A stretch of 60,144 bases of DNA, filler included, from Sphacelaria rigidula (lineage: Eukaryota), in assembly GCA_964200075.2 (NCBI GenBank). It is 7 parts of 7 records of this genome, joined end to end, with 100 filler letters (N's around TTAATTAATTAA, not from the genome) between each part and the next. Parts side by side here need not be neighbours in the genome. Positions count along the whole stretch, not along the records: positions 25,822 to 34,327 come from CAXNAA020010941.1; positions 34,428 to 42,933 come from CAXNAA020010942.1; 5 more parts are not named here. One strand, 5' to 3'. The notes beneath the pieces are model-generated. The model was not told the origin of the DNA, did no database searches, and worked only from the letters and a program-made list of their open reading frames with translations. Position numbers and translations under genes: made by a program. Positions 25,822-36,235 of the stretch are shown here, in pieces. Every line of letters begins with the position of its first letter. The first letter of the stretch is position 1.

Positions 25822-26499
25822 CGTCACTGGCACACTCTTGACCGGATTACCTCGGTGTTCTGTGACGGACCAGTCGTCGCTGTTAGCGAGGATCTCCGTG
25901 TACGCACAGCGCAGTTTCGATATGTACTGTTTATTTAGCGAAGTATGTGCATACCGCCTCGCGCACCCGAGACCTAGCTCTTTGTATTGTACCAAGCTGT
26001 CTGTGCCTATCTGTGGGCATTGCAGAACGTGCACTACCTTTGTACCCGTGCCCTGCGAGTCCTTGTATGCCAGATAATCTACGACTTGCTCTGGCGTGGC
26101 ATTTTCCCATCCTACTGCGCCGCCTGAACGCTATCATACGAAACGGTCGAAATCATCTGCTACGACACTCTTACGCCTATGCCCCACTTGAGTCGCTCTT
26201 GCTGCGGCAAACGCCGCCAGCCTGTCATAAAGCAAACTGTCGTTGATATGCAATTGGGCCTCCCCTTGCGATCGCGGTGCCGGCCGCGTTAATTTGGCGG
26301 GCACACCACAGCGCTGACAAAGCCTGTAATTGCCATCATTATGCCCTAGGCATGCTCCGCACAGCACTCTAGGCACCCGATCTGCAATTCTGGTAGCGCC
26401 TTGGGGCACCCTTAGCGAGTCTGTTCCTGCCGTTATTCCTCCTCCGCCCTCTCCTATCGGCGCAAATGTCGCCACCCAGGTATCTGTGCCCTCCATCAC
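25822..26499 (-). pseudogene. Zinc-ribbon + ALOG domain (N-terminal DNA-binding part of a DIRS tyrosine recombinase)
   Basis: CGAC...CQRC ribbon, two adjacent in-frame stops (26131-26136), then VVDYLAYKDSQGTGTKVVHVLQCPQIG...CARRYAHTSL...ISKLRCAY...RGNPVKS. This resembles the ALOG consensus as I recall it (VLEFLRYLDQFGKTKVH..C...[20 protein letters not shown]...NPF). Confidence 0.82.
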
Positions 26500-26558
26500 C
26501 TAGCACAGCAGCACAGCAGCACAGAAAACCATGAAGTGACAAAGGCATAACGGGCTGA

Positions 26559-28799
26559 CTATGCCAGTCCAAAATTAAGCTCCACCACTACCATGTCCCA
26601 TTTTTCGAATACAAACGGCCTTACACCCTTTGCATGGTGCTCTGAGAAGAAATCATGCCGCTCTCCTGCCTTTGCTACCAATTTCTCCCTGACACGCGCA
26701 CTCCTTAACCCAGGATACCAAGCCCCTTTTGTCGCTGGTACCACGACCACTGCTCTAGCCCTGCACTCCTCCATTCGTTGTAACACCATCCCCACTATAC
26801 ACATGGGCGGGAAACAGAAATCAAAACCCTTCTCGCTCAAGCCCGGAATCAATGAAACATCTATTGCCGCCGCTCCCGGACATGTGCATCGCGCACAAAA
26901 CGGCAATCCACTGCCCTCTCTTGGTTGCTCTCGTGGCACCCGGTGCACTGAGACGTTTGTGGCCATGAGGTCTGCGTCAAATGCCCCGAAGAACATCCAC
27001 AAATCCGCGACAATCTCATGGCGCAACCTCACAAACTCCACCTTACCTGGTCTGGTAATAGTATCTGCTTCGCTATTTTGCGCGGATGGTACCCATTGCA
27101 ATCTTAACCAAAAATCCTCTCTCCTCTGCAGGTTATATAGATCAAGCAACAGTGCATGTGTACTGGGGTTTCTCGATCTACCTCGTGCAAAAGCATCCAC
27201 CACTGACGTATTGTCAACATCCACTAAAACCTGCGCTCCTCTAAGTCGCCCCGGCGCTCTCCTGCAAAATTCCCGCAAGACCTTAATTAGTGCGAATGCC
27301 TCCTTGGCGTTAACGTGCTGCTGTATCCATACTGGGGAAACTTCTGCGCCAGCTTGGAAAAGCTGACCGTCCACTCGCATCACACTCCCCCATGCTGCTG
27401 ACGAAGCATCCGTGGCGCCTCTCGTGACGGCCAGCGCATAGTGCTTGGTGGAATACCACGGACCCTGCTGCGAATGCTGCGTAACGCCTAACCATAGCTC
27501 TAACTCATCCCAGAGGCCGCTACCTTTCTGCACTGGGATCTCCGTCAACCATTTCCCTTCAACCTTTTTGTCGAGTGCTTGTACACCCTTAAAAATAAAG
27601 TGCGTCCACAGGGACGCCGGCCGCACCGCTACCTTCATACTCATGCACTTTCCCGCGATCTTTTGCAGCGTAGCCGCATCGACTGCCCTGTATTCCATCA
27701 CCCTCCTAATCAAGGTGCCAAGTTTGTCCAGCTTGTCCTGCGGAACACGGTACGCCGCTCGTTCACTGTCACATAAAATACCTAGGTATCGCTGCACTCT
27801 CCGCGGGACAAGATCGCACTTTTTGATGCTCAAGAAAAATCCTGCTAAGAAGGAAACAGACACCGCCAGTGCTATCACTGCTGCCGCTGCTCTCCACTGC
27901 AACTGCTCTACCTGCCCTTTTGTGTTCAACGGGCCTGTCAACCACGCGTCGTCAATATATGTAGTTGCGGGTATGCCACGCGCCCTCAAGAAATACGATC
28001 TGACTCCCGAAACTTTGTGGTAGACGCACGTGCTCTCATTCCAACCAAATGGATTTATCGTCCATACATAGTCCACTCCCTGGAATTCGACACTAAACAA
28101 CGGCCACGAGTCTGGATGCAGCATGATGTGATGAAATCCGCTTCTGTCATCTAAAGAACCCTGAAAGCATCCTTGCCATCCCATGCCCGCAATCGCACCC
28201 ACTGTGTCCATAGAGAAAGGTACATGCTTACAGTGCTCGTTAAGTGGTCTTGCATCGTATACTAGTCGCGGCTTTGTGGGCTTGACGCTCAAAGCTTGTA
28301 TAAGTCTAGGTATTTGGTCTCCTCCTGGGCCCTTAACTGTTGCCCAAGGTACTAGGCATCCCCTGCCTACCAAAGCAGTTACCTCGTCCTCTACGAAAGC
28401 GGCATGTTCTCGTGGGATCCGATTGGGAAAAACACGTCCTGGGAAAGCGTCTGGTGCGAACGGCTGGTATACTGTTTTCCCTTTTGCCCCATCGTTCAAG
28501 AAATCGAATACGCTTACCCCGTGTACAATCCATGGTACAATTTCGCCGCGGTCCGGGTGTCCTGCTAACAAAATTTTGTCCCAGAAGTCAATATGTTGTT
28601 CAAGCATCCCCGGCACGAAATTTTCGTCATCACGAAAAGCTATAGCCCACGGCGCTGTTGTCGCCGATACAAACTGCGTGCGTAAAACATCGTCTGGTGT
28701 GTGCGTCGTGCTTGCGCTTCTCTGGTGCCAACCCGCTGCCCGCGCCCATTGCTGTTCTTGCTTTGTGAGCGTTGGCGCCGGGGCGCTGATAGGCCCCAC
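26559..28799 (-). CDS. DIRS pol: reverse transcriptase + RNase H + DNA adenine-methylase-like domain (746 aa)
   Basis: RT: KPRLVYDARPLN, LDDRSGFHHI, NPFGWNES, TYIDD, QRYLGILCD. RNase H: TDASSAAWG, HVNAKE, VDN, QWVPSAQNSEAD. Methylase-like: DADLMAT...FCFPP...VVVVP...WYP. The true start codon is uncertain. Confidence 0.92.
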   Translation of the reverse strand: MGPISAPAPTLTKQEQQWARAAGWHQRSASTTHTPDDVLRTQFVSATTAPWAIAFRDDENFVPGMLEQHIDFWDKILLAGHPDRGEIVPWIVHGVSVFDFLNDGAKGKTVYQPFAPDAFPGRVFPNRIPREHAAFVEDEVTALVGRGCLVPWATVKGPGGDQIPRLIQALSVKPTKPRLVYDARPLNEHCKHVPFSMDTVGAIAGMGWQGCFQGSLDDRSGFHHIMLHPDSWPLFSVEFQGVDYVWTINPFGWNESTCVYHKVSGVRSYFLRARGIPATTYIDDAWLTGPLNTKGQVEQLQWRAAAAVIALAVSVSFLAGFFLSIKKCDLVPRRVQRYLGILCDSERAAYRVPQDKLDKLGTLIRRVMEYRAVDAATLQKIAGKCMSMKVAVRPASLWTHFIFKGVQALDKKVEGKWLTEIPVQKGSGLWDELELWLGVTQHSQQGPWYSTKHYALAVTRGATDASSAAWGSVMRVDGQLFQAGAEVSPVWIQQHVNAKEAFALIKVLREFCRRAPGRLRGAQVLVDVDNTSVVDAFARGRSRNPSTHALLLDLYNLQRREDFWLRLQWVPSAQNSEADTITRPGKVEFVRLRHEIVADLWMFFGAFDADLMATNVSVHRVPREQPREGSGLPFCARCTCPGAAAIDVSLIPGLSEKGFDFCFPPMCIVGMVLQRMEECRARAVVVVPATKGAWYPGLRSARVREKLVAKAGERHDFFSEHHAKGVRPFVFEKWDMVVVELNFGLA

Positions 28800-29647
28800 T
28801 GCACGTCTTCTGATACGTCACCCTTTCAACCAGGCCTCTGCATCCACCTATTATGTGTACATAATGCCGAGATAGCCCCCCCACGAACCGGCGAAAAAAG
28901 TGCACGGAGGACATGATCAAAAGTGCTGTTCGAGCCGGTTTCGTGCAGCACGAACCGACTCATGTGGGCATTATATCTGTTTTCGGACTGCTGTACGGCT
29001 ATCATGTGGGCGAAATTGCTGCAAACGATCCCAATAGTGTATTCGCAGCCTTGCTCCATTCTACCGCCTCTGGCAGTTCTGGTGGGATGTCCAAAACGTC
29101 TGCCATCCGGAAACCAGCATGATATAGTGATACTAGCCCGCAAGACAGTGAATTCGAGCCACTACACGGCCCCCGGTACATGTGCCTGAAGCCGATGCGA
29201 GCTGCGGTGAATTGGTCACAACCGAGTAAGAACGTTCATGCCGGTTGCATGGGATTGCGTGGGCTACGTATTTAAGATTCTAATTGAGAGGCAACATCAC
29301 ATCCTGAAAGCGCCATGTCCACGTCACGCAATCATGTCTTCGCTAACCCTTGTCAAATGTCCAAAATTGTACAAAACCCCGAGGCGTGCTGGGACGTCTC
29401 GTGAAACGAAGCAGCCTTGCTTCGTATCTTCTGCCATGCTATTCGATTGCAATATATAGTGGAGGCAACTTCCTACTCGGCGGGTGCCGTGGTGTAAAAC
29501 GCCGACCGGTTCCTGCGGGGGAATGAACCCCATGTGCCCCCCCCCCCCCCCCCCATAGAATCGGCCTGGAGATGCCGACACGCGACATCTGCGGCAACAA
29601 CGCCTACTCAGCACTGGCCGGCCCAGCTCCCTCCCCGAGTCGTACGT

Positions 29648-30109
29648 CTACTCTCTAGACCTTCCCTCTTGTTGCGCCACATTTTCACGGACAACACTCA
29701 CCGGCTTGATCCCTTCCTCCTCCTCGTGGGCGAAGCGCTCCAAGAGAACGTCTTTCAGTGGCCACTCACTGTCGCAAAGAGCCATGGCGAACACCAGCGT
29801 GACGAGGAGCGACAACTTGGGTGGATCGTTCTGCGTGCGCTCACCCCCTGGCGGTGCTAGGACGTACTTAGTCAGATATCGTTTCGTATACTCGTTAAGA
29901 TTCTTCCACATAATGTTCGCCTTCTTAGCATCCGTCTTGCTGTCCTTATCCGCCGCCCACAGGATGTCCCGCCAGTAGCGCCCCAATATGGCATCCATCT
30001 GAGCAGGTGTGCTGACGTCTGCTCTGCCACAGGCTTGTTGGATTATGGGTACCAGAACCCCAATGGCTGAGCTCATGCACGGTTTCTGCATTCGAAGACG
30101 GGCGCCCAA
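29648..30109 (-). pseudogene. Putative gag-like ORF remnant of the DIRS element
   Basis: 153-aa protein-like ORF upstream of pol on the same strand. The assignment is positional only. Confidence 0.4.
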
Positions 30110-31126
30110 TACGTAGCCCGCCCGGGTTGTGATGTCGGTATAGCCGAAATGGGTTAGCCATATGCCGCCAGTTGTTTCGCATGGCGAACGATTTCACCCC
30201 GGGGTTTCGCGGCATACGATGTCAGCAAACCGCAAGGATATTTCATCCCGGGGTTTCACATGGGGGGTATCGTTATATGCCTTTCTAGTTTATAGTTACC
30301 GAGGATTGCATTTATCCCGTCATATGACTGATTTCGGAAACCGATCAATTTCGTGCAGTATATGTGTATCGGATGATACGTGGAGATGACGGGTACGGCG
30401 ATCGCCATCGAGATGCACAACACATTCGCATTCAGTGTCAACATGGACATGTTCGTCGCAATTCCCAAACAACCCTTATGGTAAGAAACGAGTGCCATCA
30501 ACCTTCATTCGTCAAACGGTGCACATGGTTTATGTGTTGCTCATGAAATATATATAACGACACCGGTGCTTACATGATGATCCTGTTTTAGAAACACAAC
30601 TTGGTGATGCTGCATGCATCCATACCGATACACGAGTTACAATGACCTGGTGAAGTGTGACATGCCCTAGATTCGATAAACCAACTGGTTCCGTTGGGTC
30701 ATCGACAATTAGGAATCTTCGATGACGTATGATCTTGCAGACCGGTATCATCACCATATATATGGTTGGTTTCAGAAACCAGCTCGATTGTTGCGTAGAT
30801 GTCGATACATACAATTGCAATGTATATCGACGTCGAGAACACTTTAAACGAGATTTTCTCGTTTGCTTCATTCCCGGGTGTAAGACAAACCCCGGGATCA
30901 TGATGTAAAGGTTATCGTACTGTGTATTGGAAGGTTCCGCCGGTATCACAAGCATACGCGAATGTGTCGCCTGTGTCTGTGTGCTGAAAATCCGGAAGCG
31001 TTACGGTTCCGGTAAATTCGGTGTGTGACAATGGGTGCCATCATTTCACCGTGTTGCGGTGTGATATAGAAAATATGCCGTTATGTGCACGCCGCTGGTA
31101 TGAACCGTCATCGCTATGGTCAAAAT

Positions 31127-31400
31127 GAGCTGATTTTCAAAATCGGCCCATGTGTGTCACGAGTTGAATGCCTTCACGAAGCCGGTTGCGTCGAACGGTG
31201 ATTGCGTGGAGCTGGTTTTGAGAACCGGCCGATCTTGGTCACGAGTTGAGTCCCGTCACGATGCCTATGGCGTAATTGGAGCGCTTATGGATAGGTGGGT
31301 CTGAAGAAGGTCCTATGTGTGTCTAAAAATCAACCTTGCCACGAATACGGTATTGTGGTGTAGCGCTCATGACGAGCTGGTTTGGAAACCGACTCCGAGT
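31127..31400. repeat. Degenerate ~82-bp tandem repeat (about 3.3 units)
   Basis: gagctg(g/a)ttt...cacgagttga recurs at ~31127 and ~31210, and gagctggtt recurs again at ~31374. Confidence 0.55.
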
Positions 31401-31403
31401 GTG

Positions 31404-31528
31404 TTAACCCTTCTGGAGCCCATTGACGAATTCTGTTCATGTGAATCAGCATCATCTTCAGTCATTTTCAAGTCAAACTGATGCCGATTCGTAACGATAA
31501 AAATTGTCGTGTGTTCCGAAAAGTTTAA
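31404..31528. mobile_element. piggyBac-type MITE
   Basis: TTAA-CCCTT...AAAAGT-TTAA with an inverted gaatcagcatca/tgatgccgattc pair. Confidence 0.6.
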
Positions 31529-33138
31529 TCATCTCATCGTCCTCTGGGTTGTGAATATGACGTAGTGACTGCGATGCCACTGTCTGGCATGGTAGATATA
31601 ATGTGTCTCAACAGTCATTTTTTATTCGGATTATAGAATAAAAGATTCAAATATGGGATCTCATCACATGCGGAGGGTGTTCCCTGTTTGTCTCCCGAAA
31701 TTTTGCGTGATTTTATTCTTAAACTATGGTTAATTTCGTGACTACGCTGCCTCTGTCCCCTGCGCGAGTACTGGCCCGAACGCCGTCCTGGGAAAGGGTG
31801 TGGGTTGGGGCTTGTAAATGGCAACACGCATCCTGGGGTAGTTGCGCGTCGTGTGCTACTACGATGGGGGTTGCACTTGAGCGACGGAAATGTTTGTCGG
31901 GTGTTGCATGGGTCATTTTGGGAATCGACATCACTTTCCCTTGCAGAAGGTCGAAGACGTGGCACATTCGCGACAAGGCCCCTTCGTGTATCTCCAGCTC
32001 CGATGCCCGGATACTTGGGTGATACAGTGCGCTGCGATGATGTTCCGTCAATCAATGGTCCCCCGTGCAATGTGATATCTCAACGGGTAATTTTTTAATG
32101 GAACTCGCCTTCGATAGTTTTTTGGATGCATGTTGGTCATGACCTATCTGTCGCGCTTTTTCGTTCGGCATCGCGTCGTACACCCGCACGGAAATCCTGG
32201 GGTGGTCGCTCCCTGATGTGGTGTCCATGGCCCTTTTCAACCCCTCCATCTCTGCCTCCGCGAGGGAAACGTCCGCACGGAACACGACAGACAGTACCCA
32301 CAAGAACGATAGTCAGGGCTTGTATGCGAGTACTGGTGGCTACATTCGTGATCGGCTGGGTGCAAATAACATGTGCACTTGAACTGTTAGCAGTCGTCAT
32401 GTCTCCGTGAATGTTATCTTCCTTCACAGAACCGCTAAACAAAAAGAAGAGATTGCGCTGGTCGCGTGCGGCTTTGTAATCATTTGTGCGTACCTTCTGT
32501 GCTCGGCGGTGTCGCCCCATCGAGAACTCCAGCACAGTACCGCCCGAGGTTGAGCTCGTCGGCGTATATCATCATGAAGAGGGCGCTTCTTGTTTGCTCT
32601 TGGATTGAGATGAAGCATGGTTTGTCCTTTATGAAATTTGGTGTGGGGCGCCCGAACCGTTCCTTGTCCTGAATAGACCATACGTTGGTATCGCACACAA
32701 CATACCAATCTTGATACATGAGAAGGCGTGGGCGATACGAATGACCCCCTCTCTTTCTAGGCCCCTGTCAGACTCTTGCTCGCACCCTCACGACCCAGTA
32801 GCACCAGATGCATCGCTGAATGTCATTCTTCCCGCGTCGTAACACTACGAGCTGAGCCAGCCAACACCAGGTAGTTTGCTCGCTCAGGCGACGCATTGCG
32901 TCAAATTATGAGTTGGCCGCTGCTTTTTCGACAACGGCTTCTTATGGTCGACATGCAAAATATTTCGGGAGCAGGGTAGGAAAAAGACAGAACAGCAGGA
33001 AATGGGGTTTTGAATGTCGGTAAAATCAAGATAACTTCGTAACCCCAGTAAAACACATGATATTATGCGGCTGATGTCTCAGTGTTTGCTTCTATGATTT
33101 CAGAAACTGTGCGTGAAATTCCGGCTCGAGACTCGTCG

Positions 33139-33244
33139 CACAGGTCACACGGCGGTGCCGACATCATTCAAGTGGCACAGGAGACTCCAGTCACAGGTCA
33201 CACGGCGGTGCCGACATCATTCAAGTGGCACAGGAGACTCCAGT
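33139..33244. repeat. Perfect 53-bp tandem duplication
   Basis: cacaggtcacacggcggtgccgacatcattcaagtggcacaggagactccagt occurs twice. Confidence 0.95.
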
Positions 33245-33457
33245 GACTCGTGGAGGTCACGGTATTTTTAATTCGCTTTTTTTAGTCCGTCGTTGACATA
33301 TCGTAGACTACGCAGAGCATCTATTTTCTTCTTTTTTTCTTCGTTCACCGGCCTCGCCGTGTGCTACGCTGTTAGTCTGCATTCAGCAGAGTTGTGCTCG
33401 TATCGGGTTGATTCGGGAAAGTGGGAAAGCTGAAGTGTAAACAACGTTTGGGCGCTT

Positions 33458-33776
33458 TTAACCCTTTGACCGCGAGAGTAGGTCATCCGCTGAGTCTGCA
33501 TCGGTGTTTCCTGGGGAAAGGATTCGTGCTCGAGGTCGACCATGCGCGCCGCGGACGAACAGTGAACCCTTAGACCGCAAGATTAGTGTTTCTGGATTAT
33601 GTACATCATTTTTTTCACTTAAAATTGATGCCGATACAACAGAAGACTAACCTCGCGGTCTAAGGGTTAACCATTGTACGGCGGTGCGGGTAGTCCATCT
33701 GCATTGTGCATACTTTTTTCAAGTGATAATTGATGCCGATTCAGCAGGTGATCTATTCTGGCGGTGAAGGGGTTAG
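33458..33776. mobile_element. Three abutting ~105-bp piggyBac-type MITEs sharing TTAA-like junctions
   Basis: Junctions TTAA 33458, TGAA 33563, TTAA 33667 and TTAG 33773, with CCC/GGG-type ends. The third unit is the reverse-complement homolog of 36130-36235. Confidence 0.75.
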
Positions 33777-34327
33777 GCTGACCCAGCTTGTGCAGTGCCT
33801 ACGTTCTCCTAACCCGTACGGTGCTACAGAGTTGCCTACGGTCTGGCAACACTCCACCATCGCGGCGGCTCTCACCCACATAATGCAGCGCACAACTGCT
33901 TCCCATGGTATCATGTTAGACCTCAAGAGTTCCGTCACCCCGAGGTCGTAGCTCTCTAGTGCTTCTGTGCGGCACCTCTCCTGGATTTGGTGTTAAAGGT
34001 CAACAACGTTCCAGCATGCAATAGTGAAGTGATACATGAGACTGTCGGATCGATGATGGATTCAGTCTCGTCAGCCAACGGCTGTTTGAGGTATTTGCAA
34101 AAAAAAGTACTCACGTCTGTGTCGATGAAGAGGTGGTAGAGGTGTAATGCGTGAGAGGACGGCGTGCTTAGAGGACCGCGCCGTAGTTCGAAACTCCCTA
34201 GGATCGACGTTTTTCAAAACCAATCGGGTCAGTCCCTGCAGGTACCACGCCCCTGATCCTGACCCCAACACTAACCCTCACCCTAACGCGAACCATAGGG
34301 GTGTTCAAATTCCGATGCGGTCCTCTA

Positions 34328-34427
34328 NNNNNNNNNNNNNNNNNNNNNNNNNNNNNNNNNNNNNNNNNNNNTTAATTAATTAANNNNNNNNNNNNNNNNN
34401 NNNNNNNNNNNNNNNNNNNNNNNNNNN
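34328..34427. other. Artificial contig spacer
   Basis: 44 N + TTAATTAATTAA + 44 N. Confidence 0.99.
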
Positions 34428-34621
34428 TTTTTTTCGTTAGTTAAGGCCAATAATCAGTTTTCAGGTTTCAGCAAAACGCCCATAACTCACGAAAAAAAAA
34501 AAAAACTCCATGTGCTTCTTCCCGGTTTTTTATTATGCCCGGCGCATCCGCCTGCAAACTTTCATGCAGCCTTTAGGCTGGCCCAGCTCGTGATGTGTGG
34601 AAATAATAATGATAATAATAA

Positions 34622-34790
34622 CTAGTGGTAAGCCATGGCTGACGCACGTGGCAGCACCACCGCAGGTACCAACGCCGCGGTTCTCACACGCGTGTTGGTT
34701 TCAAATTGCGAAAAGCGAAAATAACGGTTACCACAAGAAATAAGTAGAAAGTATAAGCAAATAAGGACTTCCAGCCCCACAGCTAACATG
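34622..34790 (-). mobile_element. Helitron-like 3' terminus, copy 1
   Basis: The - strand ends ...gccacgtgcgtcagccatggc-ttacca-CTAG followed by T. Homologous to 39278 onward. Confidence 0.6.
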
Positions 34791-34800
34791 GTGAGCGTTA

Positions 34801-35154
34801 CACACGCGGCCATTTGCTACCCCCCATAATTCCTCCAGAGCGGTCAACGTTTCGAGCCTCCGAAGGAAGTGAAAACCTCCGGAGGGGTGCGCGGCTCTCC
34901 AGAGGAGTACTCTCTTGTTTCCTCCAGAGGGATTGAACGCCTGCGGAGGCTTGTTCTTGCCTCCGAAGCGCCGTGCATCCCTCCGGAGACATGTTTCTAC
35001 CCACAAATTCTTCCGAAGGGGTGCGCGGCCCTCCGGGGCGGTAGTGTTTGGCTTCCTTCTGAGATATTGAAGGCCCCCGGACGCTCGTTTCGCCTCTGAA
35101 GGGCCGCGCATCCCTCCGGAGGCATTTTGAGGGGTAGCCAAATGTCCGCGTGTG
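34801..35154. mobile_element. MITE with ~23-bp TIRs and TA duplication (Tc1/mariner-like)
   Basis: TA|cacacgcggccatttgctacccc ... ggggtagccaaatgtccgcgtgtg|TA. The interior is built from repeated cctccggagg palindromes. Partial copy at ~40350-40490. Confidence 0.8.
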
Positions 35155-36129
35155 TAGGGGTGCCGAACGCGGGGGGATTGCTAGCCTCCGAGAAGTGTCC
35201 GGGCTGTTCGGCAACATATCACTAACCATCGCCCCTTTTCCTTCGTTTTTTGGGATACACTTGATTTTAGTCTGCATCCTTGTCATGGAGAAATCGTGCA
35301 CTAATGTAACACTTTTTCTATTTAGACACCACACGCCACATCCACTTTCACACCACCGAGACATTCGGAGGTCGATCCATATTTTCAAGTGCTTTTCAAG
35401 CCGACCCTCATAACCTGCAGAAGAAACAGGACATTTTCCGACTTCTTCCGTCAAGCGCGGGACGTGCCCTGGAAAGGGTTAAGGCAGTGGGTGCATTCAG
35501 GTTCGAAGCACACAACGTAGAAAATAGCGAACACGCTCCAGCCTTGTACTTGGTGTGAAAATATTATCGTATCAAGGGTCGTTTATTGTTTCCCTCAAAG
35601 GAAGATATTAGGGTCAATACTCTTCTTGTATACGTTTATCGAGCAGGAGCGATGAGCTTGGTCTTTCCGCTGCATGATCTCTTGATTTTCGCCGCTAGCG
35701 GTGGTTCGTCTATGTATTTGTACGTGTGAGCTGTGGCATTGGTGGTGTGCGTGCCGTGGCGTGCGCTATCTGCCGGCTCTGTTGTTTGCGGATGCATTCA
35801 GAAGTGGATATTGGAAAAGGGGAGAATACCCTTCGGTGGGGAGGGGCCTCATCCGTCACTACCCGTCGCGTGGTCGATATCCTTTCGTCTGCGTGTCTTC
35901 CAACCTCCAGCTCGAAAATACAGAAGTGATCTGTATTGATTGTTTCAAATTTCAAAGTTTCTCGCTTACTTGTTCCCTCTCACGTTCAGTGCACGCCGAC
36001 GAATCATGGAGGGAAAAGAGCTGCCGCACTTTGTGTGTTGTACCAAGCGGCAAAGAGAACCCCAGGTACAGAGCGTGGCATGTACCGCAGTAGCGTCATC
36101 ATTACGACTGCATTATGCTCTTCTGTTTG

Positions 36130-36235
36130 TTAACCCTTTGACAGCGATGGTAGGTCACCCGCTGAATCGGCATCAATTTTACTTCAAAATATGGGTGATC
36201 CAGATGGACTACCCGCATCACGGTCTGAGGGTTAA
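36130..36235. mobile_element. piggyBac-type MITE (98 bp between TTAA sites)
   Basis: TTAA-CCCTTTGAC...GGTCTGAGGG-TTAA with internal gaatcggcatca. Confidence 0.8.

Larger units (their letters stand above)
25822..30110 (-). mobile_element. DIRS-type (tyrosine-recombinase) retrotransposon of the ALOG-domain class, truncated by the contig end
   Basis: On the - strand: putative gag remnant, then an RT-RNase H-methylase-like ORF, then a zinc-ribbon/ALOG ORF. No DDE integrase. Confidence 0.88.

Noticed and set aside
26593-28875. Long + strand ORFs (257, 192 and 230 aa)
   Set aside because: Antisense shadows of the DIRS pol ORF with no recognisable motifs.
31127-33244. CRISPR-like array from the 82-bp and 53-bp repeats
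   Set aside because: No identical repeats with unique spacers and no cas genes. These are ordinary tandem repeats in eukaryotic DNA.
34250-34290. Telomere-like ctaaccct motifs (also ~47718)
   Set aside because: Only one or two degenerate units and not an array.
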